A program made the translations under genes and the position numbers. Positions 1-16,448 of a stretch of DNA of 64,000 bases are shown one piece after another. The DNA is taken from the NCBI RefSeq assembly GCF_009914755.1, contig NC_060944.1; one strand, 5' to 3'. Under the pieces are notes generated by a model that worked only from the letters and a program-made list of their open reading frames with translations, was not told where the DNA came from and ran no database searches. Source of the DNA: the human T2T-CHM13v2.0 reference genome, Homo sapiens. The stretch's first letter is position 1; each line of letters starts with the position of its first letter.

Positions 1-481
1 CTGAATGGTAACACAGAGCTCCCTTTCCTTAGCAACAAAAATAACAGCAACATATATGCAGTGTTTCTGTCAAGGGAAGCCTATTACAGACTCAATGCCA
101 AGGTTTTTGTTGGGGCCTGGTCACATAGTCAGTCTTTGCCTAGCACCTGCCAAATTTTACCCTCTTAGAAGGAAAACCCGTGTTTAGCATGAACCATACT
201 GTTCGCAGAACCACTCTACACACGGCCACCCTTATCGGTTAGGGAGAAGTTTAGTTCTTTTTTATTTTAAACCTGTTTATTCCTCAAATTTTAGACTACT
301 ACAGAAAAATCTTACTGGATCCAGAGTAAGGTTATTGGAGTTAAATGTCAAAATGAGCTTGAACATAATTGGAAACAAAGCAGACATCAAAATGTTATGT
401 TGATTCCAGCAGCAAATTAAGTATTATCTATTCTTAAAAATAATTTCAAGACTAAAAGTAAAAATGTCAAAAATTCATTTG

Positions 482-660
482 CGGCGGGCGGATCATGAGG
501 TCAGGAGATCGAGATCATCCTGGCTCACACAGTGAAACCCCATCTCTACTAAAAATACAAAAAATTAGCCGGGCGTGGAGCTTGCAGTGAGCCAAGATCG
601 TGCCACTGCACTCCAGCCTGGGCAACAGAGCAAGACTCCGTCTCAAAAAAAAAAAAAAAA
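482..660 (+). mobile_element. 5'-truncated, internally deleted AluY-like element with TSD
   Basis: Alu sequence with poly(A); TSD aaaaattcatttg at 469-481 and 656-668. Confidence 0.9.
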
Positions 661-764
661 TTCATTTGTAAAAAATTTGAATCTTTTTTTAGTTATGAAA
701 AGTATATGTAGGTGTGTCCAATTATTTCTTTTAAATGGCCACATTTGGGTTACCTTTTTTTTCC

Positions 765-1365
765 ATAGTAAAATATACATTATAGAATATACCATTTTAA
801 CCTCTTTTAAGTAGACAGTTCAGTGGTCTTAAGTACATTCATATTGTTTGTGCTGTTCACCATGTGTCCCTGTTTGCCATTGTGTATTTAGAGCCTATGA
901 GCACCACAGGGTTAAGGAATTTATACAATTGCTTTTTTTGAATTGTGATGAAATTTACTATATTAACTATTTTTAGGTTTACAGTTTAGTGACAATAAGT
1001 ATATTCATATTATCATACAACCATCATCACCATCCATCTCCAAAACTCTTTTCATCTTGCAAAACTGCACCAATTAAACAATAATACCCCATTCCCCCCT
1101 CTCCCTAGACCCTGGCAATTACCATTCTACTTTCTGTCCCTATGGATTTAACTACTCTAGGTACCTCATACAAGTAGAATCATACAGTATTTGTCTTTTT
1201 GTGACTAGCCTATTTCACTTAGCTTAATGTCCTTAGGGTTTATGCATGTTATAGCATATGTCAGACTTTCCTACTTTTTAAGGCTAATATTTCATTTTAT
1301 GTCTATATCACATTTTATTGATCTGTTAATTCCCCAATGGACACATGGGTTGCTGCCACCTCTTC
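765..1365 (-). mobile_element. Old L1 (L1MB-like) 3'-end fragments
   Basis: Characteristic ...ccattctactttctgtc...gaatcatacagtatttgtc...tatttcacttagc motif. Confidence 0.7.
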
Positions 1366-1384
1366 AGTTAAGAAAAGTTTTATA

Positions 1385-1505
1385 TCAATGTAGGAAACTG
1401 TTTGCCATCCAGGGTCCTAGATGCCAGCCAGTGGCCCAACCTTACAAGCAGGCCTTTCTAAGGCTAGCAGTTTTAGGCCTACTATGTTAACTCTTTTTTG
1501 TACAG
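1385..1505. mobile_element. LTR fragment (MER21-like end)
   Basis: caagcaggcctttctaagg...aggcctactatgttaactcttt resembles a MER21 terminus (from memory of the consensus). Confidence 0.45.
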
Positions 1506-2458
1506 AACCATTACAAATAATGTTCCTATGAACATTCTTTTACACGTGTGGAAACACTGCACGCAACAGTGGAATTGTGGTTTCATATGTGTGGTGTGTA
1601 CCTGTAGTCACAGCTACTCAGGAGACTGAGGCAGGAGGATCACTTTGGTCCAGGAGTTTGAGGCCAGCCTGGGTAACATAGACAGACCCCCATCTCTAAA
1701 AATAAAGGCCACATAATTTAGTAGCTGGAGTTATCCATCTGCATTCTGTGTCCATGGTGTATAAGAAGTAAGGTACTGAGAGTCCCTAACTATACCAGAA
1801 AGCAAGCATGGGCATTTTGCACTTCAAGGTAATGGTAAATGTTTTGTGCTTCACTTACTTATTATTATTTGGAGAATGTACTTTCTGGAGGATAGTTTGG
1901 CAATGTTTCTGGTACCATTCATCCTAAGAAAATAATAAACATAAACAATATACACCAAGATAATCAGTTCAACATTAAGTACCCCCTCCCCCATTGAAGC
2001 TAACTGAAAGGTCTGTAAAACCCTGAGGAAAGTACAATTTATCTGTTGTCGTTAAAAATCAAGTCTCATTCTGGTTCAGAGGCAAGGTAGAAAGACAGAC
2101 TTCTCCCTATTCCCCCCAATAAGTAGCAAAAAGCCGTGGACTTTACCTATAAAACAAAAATAATTAGAGTCTTCACCAGGTGTGGTGGAGTGTGTCTGTA
2201 GTCCCACCTATGTAGTCCCAGCTGAGGCAGGTGGATTGTGAGCCTGGGGGACAGAGCAAGACCCCATCACTTTAAAAAAAAAAGAGAGAGAGACTCTTAA
2301 AGGTAGAGAGAAGACAGCAGATTCACTCATGGGACCCAAGGGACTACATAAGCAGTGAGTTCCCTAGGTTTTGTGTTTTTCTGATATATCCCACACCAGG
2401 TTATGCAGAAAATGTTGAGTTTAAGAGTAAAAATATAGGTAAGTAAATAAACTTTCCT

Positions 2459-2608
2459 TAGCTGGCATAGTGGAGTATGCCTATAGTCCCAGATACTCAG
2501 GAAGTTGAGGCAGGAGGATCACTTAAGCCCAGGAGTTCGAGGCTGCCATGAGCCATGATCACACCACTGCACTCCTGCCTGGGTGACAAAGCAATACTCT
2601 GTAGATAG

Positions 2609-2664
<56 letters not shown>

Positions 2665-2740
2665 GACAGAGCAATACTCTGTAGATAGATATAGATATAG
2701 ATACATACATACATATACATACATATATATATACATAGGT
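2459..2740 (+). repeat. Alu right monomer with (AGAT)n and (ATAC/AT)n microsatellite tail
   Basis: About 13-14 AGAT units at ~2609-2663. Confidence 0.9.
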
Positions 2741-2985
2741 AACTAGCTAACTAACTTTCCCTCTCCTGAGTTTTCTAAATTATGTTTCTTGTTGGCAGCA
2801 AAAATTACTTTGCCTGATATGGTTGTCACTATATGTAGAGGAAATAATTGCCAATTTTTATTATAAACCAGGAGGATAAAGATAGACAAGGTTTCTGTAT
2901 TTCTGTATTTTGGTCAGTGGTGGTTACATGAAAATACACATATGGCAAAATGGTATAGAACTATAAGTATGTTGTACCAATGTTA

Positions 2986-3776
<791 letters not shown>

Positions 3777-5622
3777 TTTTTAAGCAAATACGTCTTCTCT
3801 GTGAGTCAGTAGTGTCCTGTACATGTGTACCTCCATCATACTGTAATGAATAGCTTAGTTGCCTCTTTTCCCACTAGACTATGAGATCTTTGAGGGGAAG
3901 AAACAAACAATTATGCTCTTAATATAAAATAAGGTTTTATAAACTAGCTGAAGGAGGAAGGTGTTTATCCCTCTCATACAGGACTGCCCTATATCCACTA
4001 TGTATGTAAACCTGAGTCCATTTCTCTGGCCTAACTCACTATTTCCCTGTGTCACACAATCCATCCTTTCCCCTTGTCTACCCACAAGTATACTTAAAAT
4101 CATTCATGTAGCCCTTCCATACATTTAATCTATTTGTGTTTGCTTTTCAAGACCTGATTGCTTCCCTTGCAGTAGATATAAAAGAGTGTCATTCTCTTAC
4201 ACTTAGTTTTTATTCCTGATTACCAGAATTACAGGTTTCTTTTGCTGTATTGTGCAAATGTCATATACTTAAAACAGATATAACGTTAACTTTAAAAGAA
4301 TTTTTTTGGTATGAAATGTGGGAAAGTGTTCAAACATTTTCCTTTAATATGTTTAAATTGGACATACCCCTTTTCCCTGAAGGAAAATGTCTTAATGTTT
4401 ACCGAATAATAAATATGATATATTTGGAAAATCCAACATAATTGCACACTCAGAAATAACTGTTATTGTGATTATTCTCCCAGGCATTAAATATATGATA
4501 TAATATGCATGTGTGTTATTTTTGTAAGTGGATTCTTAGAAAATATAATGTTCTGTTTCTGGTTTTTCACTTAACAGTATTGTAGGTACCTTTTCTGCCT
4601 TAATGCGTACAAATCTGCTCTACCCCCTCCCTGCATAAGCATTCTGATACATGACTCTTGTAATTTTAATGTAGCTTTCTGTTGGTAGATCTATATATTT
4701 TCCTTTTTTTTTTTTTTTGTTAGGAAAATATATTGTGATAGCGTGGGGGTAAGTTGCATGTTACATACTATGTTTTTGAACACTTACAAAGTTTCTAAAA
4801 GTAAATTCCTAGAAATGTTATAGCTCTTTCTGGGGAGCAAGCAGGGATTCAGAATAATCCCCATATTTCATTTTGTTCGTTTGTTTTAATTTGTTATCAT
4901 ACAGTGTTATCGGCAATTGAAATACAAATATTGTGTGAACTTTGAAGAAAATATTTTTATTTGTTCATTCCCCTTAGCAGAGTTGCTGAGTCTCATTCCT
5001 AATTTGAGGCCTAGACTTTTGGGAAAACACAGAGGACGTCCACCTTTTAGAGAACAGTGATAACTTACCAATGGGGGTTTGCCGGTTGGGAGTTATTCTG
5101 GTATGCATAATGCATACAGGCCACTTGAAGGTAGAAGGCAACTATTCTTTTTTCTTTTGCTTCTGGTGGTTTTTGTTTGTTTGTTTGTTTGTTTGTTTGT
5201 TTGAAGATTTGGGGGAAGTTATGCCAGGAGGTAGGGGGCAGAACTTGGAAAAAGAAATGAACTTTTGAAAAAATGTGACACTGGGTTACTGAGTCCAAAA
5301 TGTCTTAGAGTTGACATCCTAGGCCAAGTCATTATCTCTGTAACAGGAAACATTGTAAGCTTGATTGCCTGTTCCTGAAGTGACTTGCAATGAACCCCTC
5401 AATATCAGGGATCAGAGTGCCTCTCTTCATGGGTAGTGAGAAAGGCAGTGCCCTATTCTGCAGCCTAGGCTGCTGGGCAAAGGGGAGAATTTGGTGGTGG
5501 TGAAGGGAATCAAGGAGGGTTTCTGTCATAAGAAACCAGTGTGGTTTACCTTTGCCAGGCGTCTGAGTTCCTGATGATGTTCCTGCAGTTATCCTTTTCC
5601 TTATGATTTAAAAGTCTTTAGC

Positions 5623-5977
5623 AGCTGAGCACGGTGGCTCACCCCTGTAATCCCAACACTTTGGAAGGCTGAGGGAGGAAGATAGCTTGAGCTCAGGAGT
5701 TCAGGACCAGCCTAGACAACATAGCGAGACTGCATCTCTACTAAACATTTAAAAAACAAAATAAAAAGACCGGGCGCGGTGGCTCTCCCTTGTAATCCCA
5801 CCACTTTAGGAGGCCGAGGCGGGTGGATCACAAAGTCAGGAGTTCACCGTCAGGAGATCACAGGAGGTGGAGGTTACAGTGAGCCGAGACCGCGCCACTG
5901 CGCTCTGGCCTGGGCAACAGAGCAAGACTCCATCTCAAATAAATAAATAAATAAATAACATTAAAAAAAAAAAAAAA
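5623..5977 (+). mobile_element. Alu left monomer plus internally deleted Alu with (TAAA)n tail
   Basis: Alu consensus blocks. Confidence 0.85.
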
Positions 5978-6046
5978 GAAGAGTTTGGCACTATAAGTTT
6001 TGGAAGTCCAGTTTTGGAAGTTGAACAAGGTTATTTATCTTTTCAG

Positions 6047-6136
6047 AACTCAACAGTGACAATTGAGGAATTCCACTGTAAGCTCCAAGAAGCCACAAAC
6101 TTTCCCCTTCGTCCTTTTGTGATTCCATTTCTCAAG
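6047..6136 (+). CDS. CBFA2T2: CBFA2T2 (MTGR1) internal coding exon, NHR1/TAFH domain
   Basis: tttcag|AAC...AAG|gtaa; 90 nt, phase 0-0; [30 protein letters not shown], the ETO/MTG-family TAFH signature. Confidence 0.97.
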
Positions 6137-6755
6137 GTAATTTGATAATTACTGAATATAATTTATCTTGAATATTTCCTCAAATTCTGCTAATCCCTGT
6201 TACGTGATTTAAATCAGAGCCGCTTGCCACGTTTTTAGATCTTTATTTTGGGCTGGTAGAGAGGTCTGAGTGCAGTTAACAGATAAACGTCAGGTTTAAT
6301 GAGATGAGAATTGCAAAAGCCTTAAGTTGTGGTCTGTGTGCAGACACTGCTGCTAACACATAGAAGTAGCTAGCATAGGAGAGAATAGGAGGTGCTTGGG
6401 CTGGAAGTGTGAAAGTGGAAGGGAGGCTGAGGTCCTAGCAGAAGAAATAACTGGTCACTAATCCTTTGGGTATAGTCAGAGTGTGAAGAGTGTTGTCTGA
6501 GAGGCTGTCAGACAAAAGGCAAGGTCTTTGCAGTTTAGACTTACTCTAAGGTCAGGAGACGATGTAGGAAGACAGTGTTTGTGTCTCCCCGAACCCCAGA
6601 TAGTCTAGTTTCTAAAGATGTCTTCTGCAATAATGTTCTCTGGAGCATAACTTTTGGAGAGATTGTTCTGCATTATCATGCTTACATGATAAATGAAATG
6701 AGGCCATGTTATATATGTTATATTTACATGGAATAAAATCTTCTAAACAGCTTTT

Positions 6756-7398
<643 letters not shown>

Positions 7399-7817
7399 TT
7401 AAATACAGGTATCAAATCAGGAAAGTAACATTCATACAACACTGTTACCTATAGACCTTATTCATATTTCACCACATGTCCCACTAATGTCTTTTACAAC
7501 AAAGAAAAACTTGGGAGGGAGCATAGTTCTGGATCTGACTCAGGATCACCCATTGCATTTTGTTGTCACGTCTCTTTAGTCCACTTTAATCTGGCACAGT
7601 TACTCAGCTCTTTGTGATCTTGACGTTTTTACAGAATACAAGATAGTTATTCTATCTGCGCACCTGGATTTGGTTTTCTCTGGTGTTGATTTGATTAGAA
7701 TCATTTAACAGAAAAACTGTATTCAATTGTTACTGTATTTTGAATTTTGTCAATATTTATGGAAATTTGTTTTCTCTCTTTTATGAGTATCTCTATAATA
7801 CCTTTAATTTTACTGCC

Positions 7818-8130
7818 TTTTTTTTTTTTTTTTTTTTTTTTTTGGGGAGACAAAATCTCGCCCTGTTGCCCAGGCTGGAGTGCAGTGGCGCGATCTCGGC
7901 TCTACAACCTCTGCCTCCCGAGTTCAAGCGATTCTTCTGCCTCAGCCTCCAGTGTAGCTGGGACTACAGGCACGCGCCACCACACCCGGCTAATTTTTGT
8001 ATTTATAGTAGAGACTATTAATAGTAGCGACCATATTGTCCAGGCTGGTCTCAAACTCCTGACCTTGTGATCCACCCTCCTTGGCCTCCCAAAGTGCTGG
8101 GATTACACGTGTGAGCCACCGTGCCCAGCG
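7818..8130 (-). mobile_element. Alu
   Basis: poly(T) followed by antisense Alu. Confidence 0.9.
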
Positions 8131-9644
8131 TCTAATTTTGCCTCTTAACAAAGCCTAAAATATTTACTGTCTGGTCAAATAAATATGCCCCTTTTACTTT
8201 CTTTTACCTTATTTTCATTTCCTAAGAAAATGTAACAGCATCATACAGATGGGTTATCTTACTAAAGTACTAATACCAGTTTTTTAAAACCTTCTATTGG
8301 AGCACAGCAGATACACAGGAAAATGCATCGGTCTAAGGTGCACAGCCTGTATCATGGCTCGGTTCTAATGGCATTGAAGCCTCGGCTGCTCTGAGCAGCC
8401 TGTGGTGCCTTTTTGAGCCCTGAAACAGCTGTGCTGGTTCTATCTTGGTCTCCTTTATGTATGTCAGAGCTGGTAGACAATTATTTCCCCAAGACTCTAG
8501 AATCAAGAAAGATTTGTGAAATTTGTGTTAATAGGAAATAATTAGCATGTTTTTTATTCATCATGGGACACATGTCAGCCGTGTAAAGATCTGACATGGT
8601 GTTTTTTTCAATTAAGTTTTTACAGTTGCAACAAGATTGAGGTTATAGAACAGACTTTAAAAGAGTTTTATATAGTCAAATTCCTTATTCTTAACTCTGT
8701 TATTTTGGAAAACAGCATGAGGTAGGTTGTTATGGCAGCTTTTTGGCTAGCATTTGGGGTTTTGTCAATTTATTTCTGCTTTAAAACAGTCACTAATTAT
8801 GGTGCCTGCTAAATTAACCCTCAGTGAAGGGATGGCTACTTGCATGTATTAAAACTCTCCTTTCACTTGCTCATCTGTCCCTTGGGATTAAGCCTTTGCT
8901 TATGAGCCCAGCCTGCATTGCTTTTAAATTTGGTGAGAAAAATATAATTTCTACTTTATGTTTTTTTTAATAAAAATGGGAAAAGTAAATTCTGTATATG
9001 AAAGAGATCGAGTTCTGAGCTTTTAAAGATGTATAGGGTTTTAAAATGTGATTTGTTCCTATTGCAGGTTTTCTAAGTATGAGAGACAGAAAAATACCTA
9101 CTTAATGAATTATCTTTTTACATTTTACATCACTCCCAGTGCTCCTTTTCAAACTCCCATGTTTCAGAATAATCACAGTTTCCAGAATTCTGTTGCAGCT
9201 TTTATACAGAGCTGGAAGGAAGGTTGAGTAGTGCTATCAGAGATGAGTTGGGGTCCAGAAGAGAGAAACCAGGGCTTGGAATGACTCCCACATAGGCAGT
9301 AGTAATTCTCTCACTGACTAAAGTCTTCAGAAGCGTATGTTTTAAAATTATTATGTTCAACAACCCTTTATTGAGCTTTGACTGTATACTAGGCTGCAAA
9401 GGTAAATAAGGTACAATCTCTTCCTTAAGCATATTTACATCTGGTTGGGGCAAGAGACAATTGAACCAGTAATTCAAGTGCAGTATAAGAGATATCATTG
9501 ACTCACAGAAGAAGCATTTGAAAATCAGACTGCCAAGGAGAGAAAGGCTTTTATCTTGTATCATCTGCTTTGTGAAAGCCCTTTGAGGTGCTGAGCCTTC
9601 TTGTGTAGGGCCTAACACTGGAAAAACTGCCTCTTCCTTTCAAG

Positions 9645-9826
9645 GCCAACCTGCCCCTGCTGCAGCGGGAACTGCTGCACTGCGCTCGGGCGGCCAAGCA
9701 GACCCCATCCCAGTACCTGGCTCAGCACGAACACCTTCTGCTCAACACAAGCATTGCATCGCCTGCTGACTCGTCAGAGTTGCTCATGGAGGTGCACGGA
9801 AATGGGAAGAGGCCCAGTCCAGAGAG
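9645..9826 (+). CDS. CBFA2T2: CBFA2T2 coding exon (end of NHR1)
   Basis: tttcaag|GCC...AG|gtga; 182 nt; [29 protein letters not shown]...GKRPSPE(R); in frame with previous exon. Confidence 0.97.
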
Positions 9827-9933
9827 GTGAGCAGATGAGCTTTGCTGTCCTTGCCTTCCTGGAACCGCACTGGTCCTCCCCTTTGCTTATAAAAGAGAGA
9901 GAATTTGATTGCTGTGGTTGTAATGTCTCAAAC

Positions 9934-10258
9934 TTTTTTTGAGACAAGGCCTGGCTCTGTCGCCCAGACTGGAGCGCAGTGGTGCAATCTTTGCTCCCTG
10001 CAGCCTCCATCTCCTGGGCTCAAGCGATCCTCTCACCTCAGCCTCCTGAGTATCTGGGATTACAGGCACGTGCCACCATGACCAGCTAATGTTTGTTTGT
10101 TTGTTTGTTTGTTTGTTTGTTTGTTTGTTTGTTTTTGGAGAGATGAGGTTTTACCATGTTGCCCAGGCTGGTCTCAAACTTGTGAGCTCAAGAGATCTGC
10201 CCGCCTCAACCTCCCAAAGTGCTGGGATTATATGGATGTGAGCCACCATGCCCAGCCC
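9934..10258 (-). mobile_element. AluJ-like element with (TTTG)n linker
   Basis: Antisense Alu; (TTTG)n at ~10090-10135. Confidence 0.9.
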
Positions 10259-11297
10259 AATGTCTCAGACTTTCTGTGGTTATTTTTGCTTTATTCCAAT
10301 ACCTAGCTGCATAATACATCTAAAATCTATGGGAGTAGCTTCCAGACATGAGTATTTTTCGGGAACTCTTCAGATGCCTGCACACCCGGTAAGAAACTCT
10401 ACTCTAGAGAATTTATGGGTCGACTGTTCCAGAAGCCTCAGGAGTACAGTTCTGCCTTTTCCTTGATGCTGTTTGTAGAAAGAATTGGAAAAAAAAAAAA
10501 AAGAAAAGAAAAGAAAAAACAAAAAAAAAGAAATACAATCTGCCAAATGCCTTTTATGTCAAACGCATTTTTTTCTGATCTGAGAAGTTTTGAAAAAGTA
10601 TAGCAATTAATTATTAATATTTGCCAATGACTCACCTTTACTGAGATTAAAATTAATATGAATTTATTTTAGAAAACTCCCTATGAGTGGCTATCAAAAT
10701 ATTCTATGGGTTATCAAAGAAGGCAATATCAACAATAGTGGATAGGCTTTAATGACATTTTTTTAAAAGTAAAAAAAAAAAAAAAAAAAGAAAATTTATT
10801 ACAGTTGAATCTGAGTGACTGAAAACCCTGCTACTACACAATTGGACCCACTGTTAATTTGACTGGCTTTAAAAAAAAAAAAAAGACACAATTGGATTTG
10901 TTATATGAGCCTTTTTCCTCCCATGTAGTTTCTTTCCAGTAACTCATCTCCACAGTAACAAATTTGACCTTAATACTTTCCTAAGTATGGTTGAACCCGT
11001 AACTCAGAAAAACGGTGTCATCTCCTTAGTCTCTCCTTTGCTTTATAAGGGTTAATGTTTCTGTCTGGTTATGGATGGATTTGACCTCTTTTTTCATGCT
11101 GGTATAAGTCAGCAATTTACATGAGGTGCCTGGCCCTTGAAGACAATTCAGCTCATGCCTCATGTCACACCTTTCCTTAGAGGCTTCCTGTTTATGCCAG
11201 CATGTAGCAAAATACCTAATACATAGTAGGTTCTCAGGAAATGTCTGCATGAACACTTGTTGACAGGATCAGATACGCACTTCTGCTTCTTCTACAG

Positions 11298-11551
11298 GAG
11301 AGAAGAGAATAGTTTTGATAGAGACACAATTGCTCCTGAGCCTCCTGCCAAGAGAGTATGTACCATCAGCCCTGCTCCTCGGCACAGTCCTGCTCTCACT
11401 GTGCCCCTCATGAATCCCGGGGGCCAATTCCATCCTACCCCTCCACCTCTTCAGCATTACACCTTAGAGGATATTGCAACTTCTCACCTGTATCGGGAAC
11501 CCAACAAGATGCTAGAGCATCGAGAAGTTCGTGATAGACACCACAGTCTTG
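11298..11551 (+). CDS. CBFA2T2: CBFA2T2 coding exon (Pro-rich linker)
   Basis: ctacag|G...G|gtaag; 254 nt (phase 2-1); REENSFDRDTIAPEPPAKRVCTISPAPRHSP...HHSL. Confidence 0.96.
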
Positions 11552-11753
11552 GTAAGCAACCGAAGCAGCATGGTAAATTCAGACTGGATTCTTGGATTTC
11601 TTTCCAACTCAATGATAAAGTCAAATAATATGATTGCTTTTTCCCACTGATTGGATAAAACAATATTATACATAGACTATTAGAATCATAGTTGATCTTA
11701 TTTGATATCAATCTCATTTGATACCTTGTTGCTATGATATGATAGAAGTACAG

Positions 11754-12787
<1,034 letters not shown>

Positions 12788-13649
12788 ATGTTTTTAAAAT
12801 TAAGCAGGAAAGATGCAAGATTTCACCTTGGAGGAGAAAGTGCATGGACATTTAGGTCAGGAGGTGAGGCATATCGAAATCTTGGCTCTGCATCCTAACT
12901 AGCTGTGTGATCTCAGGCAAGTTGCTTGGGCTCTCTGAGCCTCAGAAGAGTAATTTCTAAATGATTGTAACGCCACCCCCTGTGCTAGGTTGTTGTTCCA
13001 TTTGGAATGCCTGGTATATAGGTGCTCAGAAACCTTTAAATTTAGGAAGAAACAGAAAAGAAACCTTAACAAACCTCTTCTAGTTTTGGACAGAGCGGTT
13101 TGTCATGTACTCTTACACGTTTTCAGCATAAGGTTTTTTGGAGTAAAACTGCTGAGCAGAGAACCAAAGGGCTATCAGCTTCCAGGGTTTCCCTAAATTT
13201 CCATGTATACCTTGTTGAGTAAAAAACTGCAATACATTTGCCCTCACTTCCTCTTACTTAGGCTCACTAGCATCTTTCAGACGCTTGGCCACAGTGGGGC
13301 CCCTGGCATCATGTAGTGGGATAGTAGCTGAATAGGGAAGGCTGTAGCAGCCATGGTGTTCTCAGAGCCAACATTTACTGAGTCGTAGCTACCACTTAGA
13401 TTGTGTTGTAAGTACATTGTCTTATTTTATCCTCACAGGAGTCCCAGACAATTGTTATCCCCTTTTTACAGATGAAGGAGCTATGGCCAAAAATCACTTA
13501 GCTAATAATTGGCAGAGACAAAATTCAGACCCCAATTGTCTTATGCCCAAGGTTTAGATGTACTGGCAGTATGTTATGATACTTATCCTAGTGTTCAACC
13601 CCTGTTACTCCTATGCCTCTCTTTTATCTATTAAAAACTGCTTGCGGGC

Positions 13650-14142
<493 letters not shown>

Positions 14143-14883
14143 CTATAGGCCCACCCCACCACACCTGGCTTTTATTACTACATTTTTTGACAGATTTTAC
14201 AAATCATGAGGAACTCAATATATACTGAAATAAACAGATTATCACACTAATACATAGTCACTATGAATATTATGACTATAAATTCAGACTGGTAACAGGG
14301 GTGTTGTGTTAATGACTCAAAGACTAAGCACTGTTACTGTATGTGACTTAGGTTTAAAATAGTAGACAATTCTTACTGGTATACCCTTAATTCACACAGT
14401 TGTTCCATTCCTGGAAGTTTCAGTATATATCAAAACTATCCCCCCACCAAAAAAATTTTTTTAAGTTACTGATAATATTAAGCTGTTTCCAAGTGGTTAT
14501 ACCAGTACACACGCTAGTTTTGGTGGTTAATTATTCGCATTGCACCACATCCTTGTCAACACTTAGTATTATCTGACATTTTAATTTTTTCCAGTATGTT
14601 AGATGTGAAATGCTATGTATGACATACCTGTTTATTTCTTTTACCTCTTTTTCTTTAGGGCTATTTCGTGTTTTACAATTGATTTGTTGGAGTTTTTTAT
14701 ATAATGTGAATCGTGATCCTTTGTTGGTTATATTGTCATTTTGTGGGTCCCCCACCCCATTGTGAATCATTGCCTTAGTAGTGTGATCAAAGTTATTATG
14801 AATATGTGTGTATTTACTTGGTAGAATTTGCTTCTATTGTGTTTTTCCTGCTATCTTTGAATTTAATCTGTAATTTCTAATAG

Positions 14884-14969
14884 GTCTAAATGGAGGCTAT
14901 CAAGATGAGTTGGTAGATCATCGTTTGACAGAAAGGGAATGGGCTGATGAATGGAAACATCTTGACCAT
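14884..14969 (+). CDS. CBFA2T2: CBFA2T2 coding exon (start of NHR2)
   Basis: aatag|GT...CAT|gtaag; 86 nt; [28 protein letters not shown], the NHR2 tetramerisation helix. Confidence 0.97.
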
Positions 14970-14984
14970 GTAAGAATCTTGTAG

Positions 14985-15302
<318 letters not shown>

Positions 15303-16252
15303 TACTTAATGCTACCAATAATTAATGGAACATGTATGCTTGAAGTGAACATAACCACAGCCATGACATCCTTTGCTTTTAATAAAAGCTGGTTTAGCTA
15401 CTACTCCCTCAGCTGAGGAATTACAGAGTCACTCCCTAATCTTTGTGATGGGATGATCACTTCAGGTCAGAAACCAAATAAAGTCATGTAGTATAATGGT
15501 TAACAACAAAGGTTTGTAGCCAGGTGCAGTGGCACATGCCTGTAGTCCCAGCTACTCGGGAAGCTAAGGCAGGAGGATCTCTTAAGCCCAGGAGCCAAGA
15601 CTTCAAGTCTAGTCTGGGCAACATAGCAAGATGGAATTCATTTGTATTTGTTAAATTTTTATCAAAAGAAACTTTCTTTTTATTTTTTTCAATTCTGCTC
15701 CTTCTGTAGTAAAGAGATTGCTTTTTAGCCCACATACTCATGTTTCGTAGTTTTAGAACACAGGTCAGTAACAAACTTCTAGGTAATTCAACCCCCCAAA
15801 ATTGTTTATATTCCAAAATTATTTTGCACTCTGAAAGATAGCAGCCTTCCTCATCTCATCAAAATTCATAATTTCTGTTAGAAATGTGTGTGTGCCTTAT
15901 TTTATGGTTCAGCCACAGCAAATTTACAGTGCTGCAGACCCTAGGGATACAACAAATGCTGCTGCAACATGAAATAGTAGACTGTTGGCCAGAAGGCCAT
16001 GCATCTGAGGTTTTGTCCAAACACTGGAAGCCCTGGTAGTTATTGTCCTCTTTAGGTATGTCAGCCTCAACACCAATGTCCTTCCTAGCTGATGGAGAAA
16101 CAGACAGCAATAAAGGTTTTAAATGTAAACTTGATATTCCTAAATCTGTACTTTAAGGAACCTGAATTCCTCATATTGCGTTGGCCTGATTTACAGTGTT
16201 GGTTGTTTGAATGTTCTTATCTCATCTCTGCCTGGCCCCCTCTGTGACTCAG

Positions 16253-16448
16253 GCGCTGAATTGCATTATGGAAATGGTAGAGAAAACAAGGCGCTCTATG
16301 GCAGTTCTGCGGCGCTGTCAGGAATCAGATCGTGAAGAACTCAACTACTGGAAAAGACGGTACAATGAAAACACAGAGCTGAGGAAAACGGGGACCGAGT
16401 TGGTCTCCAGGCAGCACAGCCCTGGGAGTGCAGATTCTCTCAGCAATG
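16253..16448 (+). CDS. CBFA2T2: CBFA2T2 coding exon (NHR2)
   Basis: actcag|GCG...G|gtaag; 196 nt; [37 protein letters not shown]... Confidence 0.97.
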
